Source: Coriobacteriales bacterium
GTDB lineage: Bacteria > Actinomycetota > Coriobacteriia > Coriobacteriales > UBA8131
Assembly: GCA_031268525.1 (NCBI GenBank)
Contig: JAIRXA010000101.1
Coordinates: 1 to 35,437 of the forward strand
Length of the DNA: 35,437 nt
Direction: 5' to 3'
Under the pieces are notes generated by a model. It worked only from the letters and a program-made list of their open reading frames with translations. It did no database searches and was not told where the DNA came from. How positions within the stretch are numbered: position 1 is the stretch's first letter; each line of letters opens with the position of its first letter. Position numbers and translations under genes: made by a program. Shown piece by piece: positions 1-8,615 of this stretch.

Positions 1-82
1 CGACGGAGATCGAGCGCACACCATCCATGCGCTCAGAGATGACCGTCACTCCGTTATCGAGGACCGTCTGTTGATAGAACAT
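1..82 (-). CDS. M16-family (insulinase/pitrilysin-like) zinc peptidase, first 27 codons only (continues beyond window)
   Basis: Minus-strand ATG at 82..80 preceded by GGAG (GGAGCAGCC-ATG). Translation MFYQQTVLDNGVTVISERMDGVRSISV resembles the usual N-terminus of M16 peptidases found downstream of pnp. Absent from the ORF track because the window edge truncates it. Confidence 0.55.
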   Translation of the reverse strand, partial: MFYQQTVLDNGVTVISERMDGVRSISV

Positions 83-140
83 GGCTGCTCCAATCGTGCG
101 TCATGCGCATTCGGTGCGCGCCGACGATGCCCATGGACGC

Positions 141-2342
141 TCAGCGGCGACGGCGCGGCTTACGATCCTCGTCACTGCTGCCGCCACTGCTTCCGCGTTC
201 GTTGCTGCGCCCCGAATCAAAACGACGCTCACCACTGCGCTGGCCAGAATCCGATCCAGCAGGAGCCTCGGGTTTGTCCAGACTGTCGAGTGAGACCTTG
301 CCCTTGTCGTCGATGTCGATGATCTTCACACGCACCCTGTCGCCGATGGCGAGCACATCCTCGACCTTGCCGACACGCCCCTTGGCCACACGGCTGATAT
401 GCAGCAGACCATCCTTGCCGGGCAGCAGCTGTATGAAAGCACCGAAGCTCTGAATAGAGACGACCGTGCCCTGATATTCCTCGCCAATTTCGGGTACCTT
501 GATGATTTCCTCGATACGACGCCGAGCTTCCTCGCCACCGGTATCCCGTGAGGCGATATAGACGGTACCGTCCTCGGTAACCTCGATGGTGGCGCCGGTC
601 TCTTCCTGCAGGCCGCGAATGACCTTGCCGCCCGTGCCGATGACGTCGCGAATTTTGTCAGTCGGAATCTGGATTGAGATGATGCGCGGCGCGTGCTCGC
701 TGAGTTCGGCACGAGGAGCCGAGATCGCCTCGGCTATTTTATTGAGAATAAAAGCGCGCCCCGTCTTTGCCTGCGAGAGCGCAGAGGCAAGAATATCGAC
801 GGTCAGGCCGCGGGCCTTGTTGTCCATCTGCAGGGCCGTGATACCCTTTTCGGTACCGCAGACCTTGAAGTCCATGTCGCCGAGGAAATCCTCGACACCC
901 TGAATGTCGGAGAGAATGGCGACGCGCTCGCCTTCCTTGATCAGGCCCATCGCTATTCCGCTGACCGGGCGGGCAATGGGCACACCGGCGTCCATGAGTG
1001 CCAGGGATGAACCGCAGGCCGAAGCCATCGAGGACGAGCCATTCGATTCGGTGACCTCTGAGACGATTCGAATAGTGTAGGGGAAGTCGGCTTCAGCAGG
1101 TAAAACAGGCTGAAGAGCGCGCTCGGCAAGACGACCATGCCCGATCTCGCGGCGTTTGGGAGCGCCGAGGCGCCCTGCCTCGCCTGTGGAATAGGGCGGG
1201 AAATTGTAATGGTGGATATAGCGCTTGCCTGGGGCAGGATCGATGGTATCGAGCCGCTGCCATTCGTTGAGCATCCCGAGGGTGAGTACGCTGAGTACCT
1301 GAGTCTGCCCCCGCGTAAACAGGCCGGAGCCATGCGCACGTGGCAGAAAGCCCGGGGTGATGCTGATGGGACGAATCTCATCGACCGCACGCCCATCAAC
1401 ACGTTCTCCCGTTGAGAGCACCATCTCACGCATGGCCTTCTTCTCCAGACCTTTGAGTTGGGCTGCTATCTCTTTACTCCATGTGGCCTGATCCTCGGCA
1501 CTGAAGGTCTCTTTGATCTGCGCCTTCAGCAGAGAAACCTTCTCGGTGCGCGAGAGCTTGTCGGCGTCTTTGAGAGCGGCGCTCATCTGATCAAAATAGG
1601 GTGCCACGCGCTCAGCGATTTCGGGATTCGTGTCATCAAGGGGGTATTCCTTTGGCTCAGGCGCGACACGATCAACAAAACGCTGCTGGATGGCGCAAAA
1701 TTCGCCGATAACCTGTTGGCCAAAGGTCAGTGCGTCAAGGAGAATCTCTTCAGCGATCTCGTCAGCGCCCGCCTCGACCATCGAAATATAGTCGGCGGTA
1801 CCCGCAAGGGTCAATTCGAGATCGGAATCCTCTTCTTCGGCAAAGGTAGGGTTGACTATGAACTCGCCGGTCGTCTTGCTGCGGCCAATACGTACGCCCG
1901 CGACTGGTCCATCGAAGGGCACGCCGCCGAGGAGCAGCGCCGCTGATGCGCCCATGATCGAGATGACGTCCGGCTGATTGACCTGATCGGCGGACAGGGT
2001 TGTCGCGACAATATGGACCTCGTTGCGGAATCCCTCGGGAAAGCCGGGGCGGATGGGACGATCAATCATGCGCGCAGACAGCGTACCCTTGTCCGAGGGA
2101 CGCGATTCGCGCTTCAGATAGCCGCCGGGAATGCGTCCAACCGCATACATACGCTCAACGAAATCGACCGTCAGTGGGAAGAAATCGTAGTCCTTGCGTT
2201 CGTTTGAGACGACAGCCGTAAGCAACATGATGGTGTCACCCTGGGTGACGACAACCGCGCCGGTCGCCTGACGCGCGACCTCACCGGTCGTCAGCGTGTA
2301 TTCCTTACCGTAGAGCTCAAAACTTTCTGTGATCTTTGTCAT
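141..2342 (-). CDS. pnp: Polyribonucleotide nucleotidyltransferase (PNPase)
   Basis: ORF 141..2426. Family-typical N-terminus MTKITESFELYGKEY starts at the ATG at 2342, preceded by AGAGGAAGAGAAG. It has two RNase PH-like halves plus KH and S1 regions (EIGEEYQGTVVSIQSFGAFIQL). The C-terminal Ser/Gly/Arg-rich tail is extra. Codons upstream of 2342 look non-coding. Confidence 0.95.
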   Translation of the reverse strand: MTKITESFELYGKEYTLTTGEVARQATGAVVVTQGDTIMLLTAVVSNERKDYDFFPLTVDFVERMYAVGRIPGGYLKRESRPSDKGTLSARMIDRPIRPGFPEGFRNEVHIVATTLSADQVNQPDVISIMGASAALLLGGVPFDGPVAGVRIGRSKTTGEFIVNPTFAEEEDSDLELTLAGTADYISMVEAGADEIAEEILLDALTFGQQVIGEFCAIQQRFVDRVAPEPKEYPLDDTNPEIAERVAPYFDQMSAALKDADKLSRTEKVSLLKAQIKETFSAEDQATWSKEIAAQLKGLEKKAMREMVLSTGERVDGRAVDEIRPISITPGFLPRAHGSGLFTRGQTQVLSVLTLGMLNEWQRLDTIDPAPGKRYIHHYNFPPYSTGEAGRLGAPKRREIGHGRLAERALQPVLPAEADFPYTIRIVSEVTESNGSSSMASACGSSLALMDAGVPIARPVSGIAMGLIKEGERVAILSDIQGVEDFLGDMDFKVCGTEKGITALQMDNKARGLTVDILASALSQAKTGRAFILNKIAEAISAPRAELSEHAPRIISIQIPTDKIRDVIGTGGKVIRGLQEETGATIEVTEDGTVYIASRDTGGEEARRRIEEIIKVPEIGEEYQGTVVSIQSFGAFIQLLPGKDGLLHISRVAKGRVGKVEDVLAIGDRVRVKIIDIDDKGKVSLDSLDKPEAPAGSDSGQRSGERRFDSGRSNERGSSGGSSDEDRKPRRRR

Positions 2343-2411
2343 AAATTTTTCTTCTCTTCCTCTTTGACCTCTTGTCATGATATGCAAGACCTGATGGTTT
2401 TTGACCATGGG

Positions 2412-2476
2412 CAGAAAGCCCGACATGCATCCGGCGTGTGCAGGAACTACCTACAGAATGTTGGCAGGGCTTTCTG
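2412..2476 (-). promoter_or_regulatory. Long stem-loop in the rpsO-pnp intergenic leader (10-bp perfect stem CAGAAAGCCC / GGGCTTTCTG, 45-nt loop)
   Basis: Arms at 2412..2421 and 2467..2476 are exact reverse complements. The position matches the pnp leader / rpsO terminator hairpin known in other bacteria. Confidence 0.4.
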
Positions 2477-2491
2477 GCGTGATCGAGGTCA

Positions 2492-2767
2492 TCAGATATT
2501 GTCGCGAATGCCGAGCTTGGCGATTAATTCACGGTAAACCGTAATATCACTCTTCTTGATGTAGGTTAACAGGCGACGACGCTTACCAACAAGCATCAGC
2601 AGCCCACGGCGGGTATGATGGTCCTTTTTGTGCACCTTGAGATGTTCGGTAAGATCTTTGATGCGTTGGGTGAGCAGTGCGACCTGAACCTCTGCGGATC
2701 CGGAATCCTTTGCATCCTTACCAAACTCCGCAATGATTTCGGCCGTTCTCTCCTTGCTCAGCGGCAT
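2492..2767 (-). CDS. rpsO: 30S ribosomal protein S15
   Basis: 91-aa [21 protein letters not shown]...[25 protein letters not shown]; unmistakable S15 sequence, sitting upstream of pnp. Confidence 0.97.
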   Translation of the reverse strand: MPLSKERTAEIIAEFGKDAKDSGSAEVQVALLTQRIKDLTEHLKVHKKDHHTRRGLLMLVGKRRRLLTYIKKSDITVYRELIAKLGIRDNI

Positions 2768-2859
2768 GGTTCCACCTTCTTTCTGATTCGCCCTGAGCTG
2801 AGAGGTGCGCTGGTGGAGGCGTCACTCCAAGCAAAGGGCATTAACATAACCTTTACAGT

Positions 2860-3729
2860 CTACCCCAGTTTGAGCAGGAAGTCGAGGGACTTGAGCCTGA
2901 TGTTGAGGTGAATACTCAACCATTCACCCGCCAGACGCAGCAGCCCAGGCCCTGCCTGCGATTCCTCGCCGTGTGCCAGTGGTTCCAAATCGATGAATCG
3001 GGAACCGATCAGAGCCCTGATCCACTCGATCCTGTCGGCGCCCGGCAAGGCATCCTCGCCTCCCCCACCCTGTTCACAACATTCTGAGCAGATCGCTCCG
3101 CCCTGAGTCAGAGAGAATGCGAACACGCCTGGGTTCCGGACGGCCAAATTTTCAGAGGAAGCCTCCTGCGGCGCAAAGGGTGTAGGGGCATGGAGACTCT
3201 CGTGAGACGGGGTGGTACCTTCAGTACGTCGCACGATGAGTTTGCGCCCGCAGCGGATGCACTCTCCAAGCTGTGGGGCAAAGCCCAGTTGAGCGGACAT
3301 CTTCCAGAGAGCTGCCGCACAGATCAAGGCAATGCCATTCTCCCCCACGGCGCCAACACAACGCAGCGCCTCCACACTCAGAGGAAAAAGCCGTGGCTCC
3401 TCCATGCCATCACGTGTCGCCTTCTCCAGAAACTCGACGATGATAGCGGCGCCGGCGGAGTGGAGCACGTCGCTTCGTACCTGTTGATTGCTGGTGATTC
3501 CCTGCGATTCGGTGATGATGTCAAGACCTTTGCTTCGGTAGACTAAAACGCGCGCGACCGAATAGAGCTCCAGATTTGAGCCAAGACGGCTGCCGGGCCT
3601 GCGAGCTCCCTTGGCGACCGCCCTGACCTGCACACCCTCATCGCTGAAACCCGTGATGATCAGATCGGTCTCGCCGAGCTTCGTTTTGCGCAGCACCAGA
3701 AGAGTGATAGGTTCTGTAGGCCGTGCCAT
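2860..3729 (-). CDS. recO: DNA repair protein RecO
   Basis: 289-aa ORF with the N-terminal OB-fold pattern (LLVLRKTKLGETDLIITGFSDEGVQVRAVAKGARRPGSRL) and a Cys-rich zinc module (CIRCGRK...CSECC). It abuts the era stop with no gap. Confidence 0.9.
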   Translation of the reverse strand: MARPTEPITLLVLRKTKLGETDLIITGFSDEGVQVRAVAKGARRPGSRLGSNLELYSVARVLVYRSKGLDIITESQGITSNQQVRSDVLHSAGAAIIVEFLEKATRDGMEEPRLFPLSVEALRCVGAVGENGIALICAAALWKMSAQLGFAPQLGECIRCGRKLIVRRTEGTTPSHESLHAPTPFAPQEASSENLAVRNPGVFAFSLTQGGAICSECCEQGGGGEDALPGADRIEWIRALIGSRFIDLEPLAHGEESQAGPGLLRLAGEWLSIHLNIRLKSLDFLLKLG

Positions 3730-4671
3730 CTAGAGGCCCTCGCCATATCCGAAGCGGCGTATCTGATTGACGTCACGTCGCCAGTTCTTACGAACCTTGA
3801 CGCGCAAATCCAAAAAGACCCTTGAGCCGAGCAGGTTCTCCAGATCGAGACGTGCTTCTGTGCCAAAGCGTTTGATGCGCTGTCCCCCCTTACCGATGAT
3901 GATGCCTTTCTGCGATTCGTGCTCAACATAGATCAACGCGCGCACCGAGACCAGTTTGCGTCTGCGATCCTGTTCCAGCTCCTCAACCACCACCCCAATG
4001 GCATGGGGCACCTCCTCATGGGTGCCAAGCAGGAGTTTCTCGCGGATAAACTCGGCGATGAGCACCTCAAGAGGTTGATCGCTTGTCATGTCGGGCGAAA
4101 ACCAACGAGGCCCCTCGGGCAACATCGTCTGCGCCACCTGGAGAAAAGCTGCGACGTTCTCCCCCCGAAGGGCGCTCAGTGCGACGATGGCGTCAAAGGG
4201 CGCGGCATTGCGTTGGGCATGGCGGCAAGCAGCCTCAATCTGCCCTTCGATGCATGCCTCGTCGACCAGGTCGGTCTTCGTCACCACGAGCATCCGCTGC
4301 GCCGTAGTGCTTACGAGCGCATCCAAAACCCACTCATCACCCGTCCCAAAAGGCGCTGAGGCATCGAGCACGAAGGCGACGATATCAACGGATTCGAGCG
4401 CCTTTGCCGCCGAACGATTGAGCTCCTCACCTAAAACGTCATGCGGCTTATGGACGCCGGGCGTATCGACGAGGATCAGCTGGTAGGCATCATCATTGAC
4501 GATCGCGCGGAAGCGATGACGGGTAGTCTGGGGGGTATCCGAAACGATGGCGACCTTATGCCCGACAAGGGCATTGATCAGGGTTGATTTCCCGGCATTT
4601 GGCCGCCCGGTCAGGGTGAGAAAGCCGGAGCGAAAGGGCACGGGAGTCGAGTCATCGGTCATAGCGTCCAT
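3730..4671 (-). CDS. era: GTPase Era
   Basis: G1 motif GRPNAGKST, DTPG, TKTD and a C-terminal KH domain. The ORF extends to 4884 but that part overlaps dgkA and looks non-coding. The likely start is ATG 4671 (MDAMTDD); the alternative is ATG 4662, which forms an ATGA overlap with the dgkA stop. Confidence 0.92.
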   Translation of the reverse strand: MDAMTDDSTPVPFRSGFLTLTGRPNAGKSTLINALVGHKVAIVSDTPQTTRHRFRAIVNDDAYQLILVDTPGVHKPHDVLGEELNRSAAKALESVDIVAFVLDASAPFGTGDEWVLDALVSTTAQRMLVVTKTDLVDEACIEGQIEAACRHAQRNAAPFDAIVALSALRGENVAAFLQVAQTMLPEGPRWFSPDMTSDQPLEVLIAEFIREKLLLGTHEEVPHAIGVVVEELEQDRRRKLVSVRALIYVEHESQKGIIIGKGGQRIKRFGTEARLDLENLLGSRVFLDLRVKVRKNWRRDVNQIRRFGYGEGL

Positions 4672-5051
4672 CCGCCTATCCGAACAAGGGCTGTTGCGAA
4701 GATGATCAGACCGACAAGAGCGGCGCCGATGGCCAGTAGGAGAACCATGCCCGCAGCGGCATCCTTGGCGATCTTTGCCAGAGGATGTATCTCGGGCGAG
4801 ATGCTGTCGACAAGCGCCTCGATACCGGTGTTGAGCGTCTCGGCAGCCAAAACCATGACGATGCAGATGATGATTGCAGCCCACTCGGGACCCGTCAGTC
4901 GCAGCAGGGCGCTCGCCACGAGCACAAGGAGGGCTATCACCAGATGGATACGCATGTTGCGCTGCGTACGCACCGTATGAACGATACCCGACAATGCGTA
5001 GCCAAAAGCCGCACGGAGAGTCCTGCGTCTATCGGGGCGCTCAGAACTCAT
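4659..5051 (-). CDS. dgkA: Diacylglycerol kinase family protein (DgkA / undecaprenol kinase type)
   Basis: 130-aa membrane protein with 3 hydrophobic segments and the motif AAETLNTGIEALVD. It sits in the conserved ybeY-dgkA-era position. Confidence 0.85.
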   Translation of the reverse strand: MSSERPDRRRTLRAAFGYALSGIVHTVRTQRNMRIHLVIALLVLVASALLRLTGPEWAAIIICIVMVLAAETLNTGIEALVDSISPEIHPLAKIAKDAAAGMVLLLAIGAALVGLIIFATALVRIGGWTL

Positions 5052-5538
5052 CCGGCGTACCCTCCCGCTTCAGCTCACACAGGGAAAAATACTCATCCTC
5101 GCGCGCCTCCATTGCCTGTGCATCCTCTTTGTTCAGATGATCATGGCCGAGCAGATGGAGGATGCCGTGAATGACCAGTATCCATAACTCCTCTTCAAGA
5201 CTGACTTCCTCCTGCAAGGCACGTGTACGGGCAAGCTCGGGGCAGATGACGATGTCTCCGAGCACCACCGTCTCCGCTTCCTGATCGCCCGACGCCTCCC
5301 CCTCAAAGGCAGCCTCTGACGTATCGGGGGCATCGCATTCGAATGAGAGCACGTCGGTTGCCTCGGGTCTGTCGCGGTAGACGGCATTGAGTGTTGTGAT
5401 CTCTTCGACCGTGACGAAGGAGAGGGAGACTTCGAGTGCCTCTGCCATGCCTTCGCGCTCGAGAACGAAGCGTGCGAGATCGACAACATGCTCAAGAGGC
5501 AGAGCCTCGCCGCTGCGATTGTCGATTTGGATATCCAT
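5041..5538 (-). CDS. ybeY: rRNA maturation endoribonuclease YbeY
   Basis: 165 aa with the zinc motif HGILHLLGHDH. The start ATG shares 1 nt with the phoH stop (TGATG). Confidence 0.93.
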   Translation of the reverse strand: MDIQIDNRSGEALPLEHVVDLARFVLEREGMAEALEVSLSFVTVEEITTLNAVYRDRPEATDVLSFECDAPDTSEAAFEGEASGDQEAETVVLGDIVICPELARTRALQEEVSLEEELWILVIHGILHLLGHDHLNKEDAQAMEAREDEYFSLCELKREGTPDEF

Positions 5539-6497
5539 CAGGCGCCCCCGCCGTTTTCCCCGGCGTCATAGGCGGCAACAATCCGCTGTACGAGTGAGTG
5601 CCGCACGACATCCTTGCCACTGAGGTCGACGAAGGCGATGTCGGCCACACCCGTAAGGATGGAACGCACGCTTGCGAGACCCGAGACGTTTTTGGGCAGG
5701 TCAAGCTGAGTGATGTCGCCCGTAATAACCATCTTCGAGCCAAAGCCAAGACGCGTGAGAAACATCTTCATCTGCTCGGCGGTGGTGTTTTGAGCCTCGT
5801 CGAGGATGATGAAGCTGTCATTGAGCGTACGCCCGCGCATGAAGGCCAAAGGCGCGATTTCGATAACGCCCTGTTCGATATAGGCGTTTCCGCGCTCCAT
5901 GTCGGTCATATCAAAAAGCGCGTCGTACAGCGGGCGGATGTAGGGGTCGATCTTCTCGTTGATGGTCCCCGGCAAAAAGCCGAGCGACTCGCCAGCTTCG
6001 ACGACGGGGCGGGTGAGGATGACGCGGCCGACCTCCTTACGCTTCAATGCGGCGACCGCCATCGCCATCGCGAGGTAGGTCTTACCGGTACCCGCCGGAC
6101 CGATGGCAAAGGTGACCGTGTTGCTGCGTATGGCGTCAACATAGCGTTTCTGGCCAGCGGTCTTGGCACGAATGGCCTTGCCTCGATAGGTAAGAAGAAT
6201 GTCCTCGCGCAGAATGGATGGCGTAAACTCGCCGTTGCGAATCAGATCGATGGATTGCGCGAGTTCCTCCGGGGTAATCTCGCAACCCCCATCAACCATC
6301 TTCATCATGTCGGCAAACAATGCCGTAAGTATCTGTATCTCCAGTGCGTCTCCACCGATGTCGATACGATTACCCCGCAGGGTGATGTGTGCGTCGAATC
6401 GATCCTCGATCGTTCGTAATAAAGAGTCGTTGACACCAACGAGGCGCGCAACATCAAGATGCTCGGGAATGGTCAGCGATACCTGGGTGAAATCCAA
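5538..6497 (-). CDS. phoH: PhoH-like ATPase (YbeZ family)
   Basis: 319 aa with Walker A GPAGTGKTY and a PhoH core (ILDEAQNTT, ITGDITQLDLP). TTG start at 6497 is preceded by AAGGAG with 6-nt spacing. Confidence 0.92.
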   Translation of the reverse strand: MDFTQVSLTIPEHLDVARLVGVNDSLLRTIEDRFDAHITLRGNRIDIGGDALEIQILTALFADMMKMVDGGCEITPEELAQSIDLIRNGEFTPSILREDILLTYRGKAIRAKTAGQKRYVDAIRSNTVTFAIGPAGTGKTYLAMAMAVAALKRKEVGRVILTRPVVEAGESLGFLPGTINEKIDPYIRPLYDALFDMTDMERGNAYIEQGVIEIAPLAFMRGRTLNDSFIILDEAQNTTAEQMKMFLTRLGFGSKMVITGDITQLDLPKNVSGLASVRSILTGVADIAFVDLSGKDVVRHSLVQRIVAAYDAGENGGGA

Positions 6498-6506
6498 AAC
6501 TGCTCC

Positions 6507-7766
6507 TTACTCAGAAAGGGGTTCTGCTCGTATCAGGGTATCACGCACGACCTCAAAACGCATCAGCATGAGGCTGCCCGTTTGTAGGTTCATCGGCACA
6601 CGCACCCTCTGGTAGCTCTCGCTTCTCCCCCATCCGCCGCCTTCGACGAGAACCCACTCACGACTGCCCGCTCGCGTCGAGACGTCGGCACGGGCAAGCT
6701 CCCTTGCAAGTGCCCGCATCTCACGGGCGCGATGGGCAAGGAGCCGGGCGTCAATCTGATCGGTGCGTGCGGCAGCCGATGTTGTCCTGCGTGCCGAAAA
6801 ACGAAAGACGTGCATACGCGAAAAAGCCATTTCACGGCAAAAAGCGATACTACTCGCATGATCGCTTTCACTTTCACCGGGGAAGCCGCAGATCACATCG
6901 GTCGTCAATCCCAACTGCGGCAGGAGTGTGCGCGCCAACATGATGTGTTCACGAAAGAAAGCGGTGTCGTAGGGGCGACTCATCTCCTTCAGGGTCCTGT
7001 CCGAGCCACTTTGCAGGGGCAGATGCAGATGCGCGCAGATTCTCCCACGAGAGGCCGCCATCAGAGACAACAGCTCCTCCGTCGCATACTGTGGTTCCAG
7101 AGAGGAGAGTCTGAACCGAAGGCCATGACAGACAGACAGCAATTCTTCCAGCAGTTTACTGAGATCGCGACCCCCTGAAACATACTGCCCGATGTTGACG
7201 CCGGTGAGTACGATTTCGCGCACACCGGCACGCTCGGCTGTCTGGGCCTGCCCAAGGATTGTGGAAAGCGATTCACTGCGCGAAGGACCTCGTGCCTGCG
7301 TGACAATACAGTAGGAACAGGAGCAATCGCAACCGTCCTGAATTTTGATACCCAGGCGTGTTGGAAAGGCTGCCGTACTGCGGATCAAGGTCTCATCACA
7401 CTCGGTGCACGGTGCTTCACTCTGCGTGCATACCAGAGTCTTTGCCCGCTCCAGAGCTCGCAGACGGTCGGGCTCGACGATGACCCGTGCGCCCAGACGC
7501 GCATAGTCCGCCTGTTCTAAAGCGACCGCACAGCCGGTCACGATGACGGGGGTGTCTGCCCTTGCGGCAAGCGCCTGCCGTACGGCCTTGCGAGTCTTCG
7601 CGTCCGCCTCGCCCGTCACGGTGCAGCTGTTCACCAGCACGACTGAAGCCTCGGCAAGAGGCACCGAGCATGCCCCTGCCGCAAGGAGGGCGGCGGCCAT
7701 CGTGTCCGACTCCACGCGATTGACCTTACAGCCCAGATTGTGGATGTAAAAGCCCTTATTCAACAC
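6507..7766 (-). CDS. mtaB: MiaB-like radical-SAM tRNA methylthiotransferase (MtaB type)
   Basis: 419 aa with an N-terminal UPF0004-type region (FYIHNLGCKVNRVESD), a radical SAM CX3CX2C motif (CDCSCSYC) and a C-terminal TRAM-like end. GTG start at 7766 lies inside a tandem repeat, so the exact start is uncertain. Confidence 0.85.
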   Translation of the reverse strand: MLNKGFYIHNLGCKVNRVESDTMAAALLAAGACSVPLAEASVVLVNSCTVTGEADAKTRKAVRQALAARADTPVIVTGCAVALEQADYARLGARVIVEPDRLRALERAKTLVCTQSEAPCTECDETLIRSTAAFPTRLGIKIQDGCDCSCSYCIVTQARGPSRSESLSTILGQAQTAERAGVREIVLTGVNIGQYVSGGRDLSKLLEELLSVCHGLRFRLSSLEPQYATEELLSLMAASRGRICAHLHLPLQSGSDRTLKEMSRPYDTAFFREHIMLARTLLPQLGLTTDVICGFPGESESDHASSIAFCREMAFSRMHVFRFSARRTTSAAARTDQIDARLLAHRAREMRALARELARADVSTRAGSREWVLVEGGGWGRSESYQRVRVPMNLQTGSLMLMRFEVVRDTLIRAEPLSE

Positions 7767-7813
7767 GTCCAGCCCTTATTCAACACGTCCGAAAACCCCT
7801 ATTCCACACGTTC
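7751..7813. repeat. Tandem 20-bp duplication AGCCCTTATTCAACACGTCC x2 (7751..7770, 7771..7790) plus a degenerate third copy (7796..7813) spanning the rsmE stop and mtaB start
   Basis: Direct reading: the two copies are identical. The third copy, CCCCTATTCCACACGTTC, differs by one indel and two mismatches and encodes the last rsmE codons (ERVE-stop). Confidence 0.85.
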
Positions 7814-8587
7814 GCTCGCACCCAGTGCCCCGAGGTGGTACAACACGATTGCGGAGGCAGCAACAGCAGCGGTCTCGGTACGTAAGATACCCTCCCCAAG
7901 ACTGGCGAGACGTGCGCCCTTCTCAGCCATCAACGCAATCTCCGATTGCGAAAAACCGCCTTCGGGGCCGATGAACAAGGCGATTCGCGGGTTTGCGAAA
8001 ACTCTCTTTGCCATCTCCCTGACGATCTGTCCCAGGGAGCCCGTCTGAGCTTCCTCCCAGCAGACGATCAGGCCATCTTGATCCGCAAGCAGACGCAAAG
8101 CGCCCTCAAGATCCACCGGTTCCTCTATGACGGGGAAGGTCAGGCGGGCGGACTGTTCGCTGGCGGCACGGGCTATTCTCCCCCATCGCCTCACCTTCTC
8201 CGCACGCTTCATGGCGCTCAGGCGTATGGTCGAGCGCTCACTTTCGAGGGGTATCAGACGCAGGATGCCCAGCTCCGTCGCCTGTCGAACCGTTTGATCC
8301 ATAGAGTCATTTTTGGAGATACCTTGCACGAGGGTCAGCTGCTCACCCACCCTGTCGAGAAACGTACGCAGGAGACGTCCGGTAAGCAGGGGTTCAGGCA
8401 TACCGTGCAGTTTCTCGACGAGAACTTCAAGGCCCGTACCCCGTCCATCGGTCAACACAATGCTCTCGCCCGCTCGGATGCGAGCAGTTCTCAAATGCTC
8501 CCAGAGTTCGCGGTCAAGCGTCAGGCGAAAATCCCCGCGGTCATCCGGGTTCAGGGACTTCTCCACAAAGAAATGCGGCAGAGTCAC
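7799..8587 (-). CDS. rsmE: 16S rRNA (uracil1498-N3)-methyltransferase RsmE
   Basis: RsmE-like sequence (TLPHFFVEK..., ALFIGPEGGFSQSEI, LGEGILRTETAAVAA). The ORF runs to 8677 but overlaps the dnaJ 3' end. The family N-terminus fits GTG 8587 (VTLPHFF); the alternative is ATG 8629. Confidence 0.85.
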   Translation of the reverse strand: MTLPHFFVEKSLNPDDRGDFRLTLDRELWEHLRTARIRAGESIVLTDGRGTGLEVLVEKLHGMPEPLLTGRLLRTFLDRVGEQLTLVQGISKNDSMDQTVRQATELGILRLIPLESERSTIRLSAMKRAEKVRRWGRIARAASEQSARLTFPVIEEPVDLEGALRLLADQDGLIVCWEEAQTGSLGQIVREMAKRVFANPRIALFIGPEGGFSQSEIALMAEKGARLASLGEGILRTETAAVAASAIVLYHLGALGASERVE

Positions 8588-8615
8588 GGTCGACGATACC
8601 TTGCAGATTCCTGCG

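Noticed and set aside
2343-2426. N-terminal extensions offered by the ORF track (pnp to 2426, era to 4884, rsmE to 8677, coaD to 17024, rsmD to 17613, hydrolase to 28170)
   Set aside because: The extensions overlap the upstream gene or a promoter element and have odd compositions. Family-typical N-termini with Shine-Dalgarno-like sequences are found at internal starts.
5598-6419. Long plus-strand ORFs antisense to confirmed genes (for example 5598..6419, 8313..9224, 15151..15966, 17531..18418, 20429..21364, 31968..33017, 33169..34014)
   Set aside because: All lie fully inside well-supported minus-strand genes. They have Arg/Ala/Gly/Pro-rich compositions typical of shadow frames in high-GC DNA and show no recognisable motifs. 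I treat them as non-coding.
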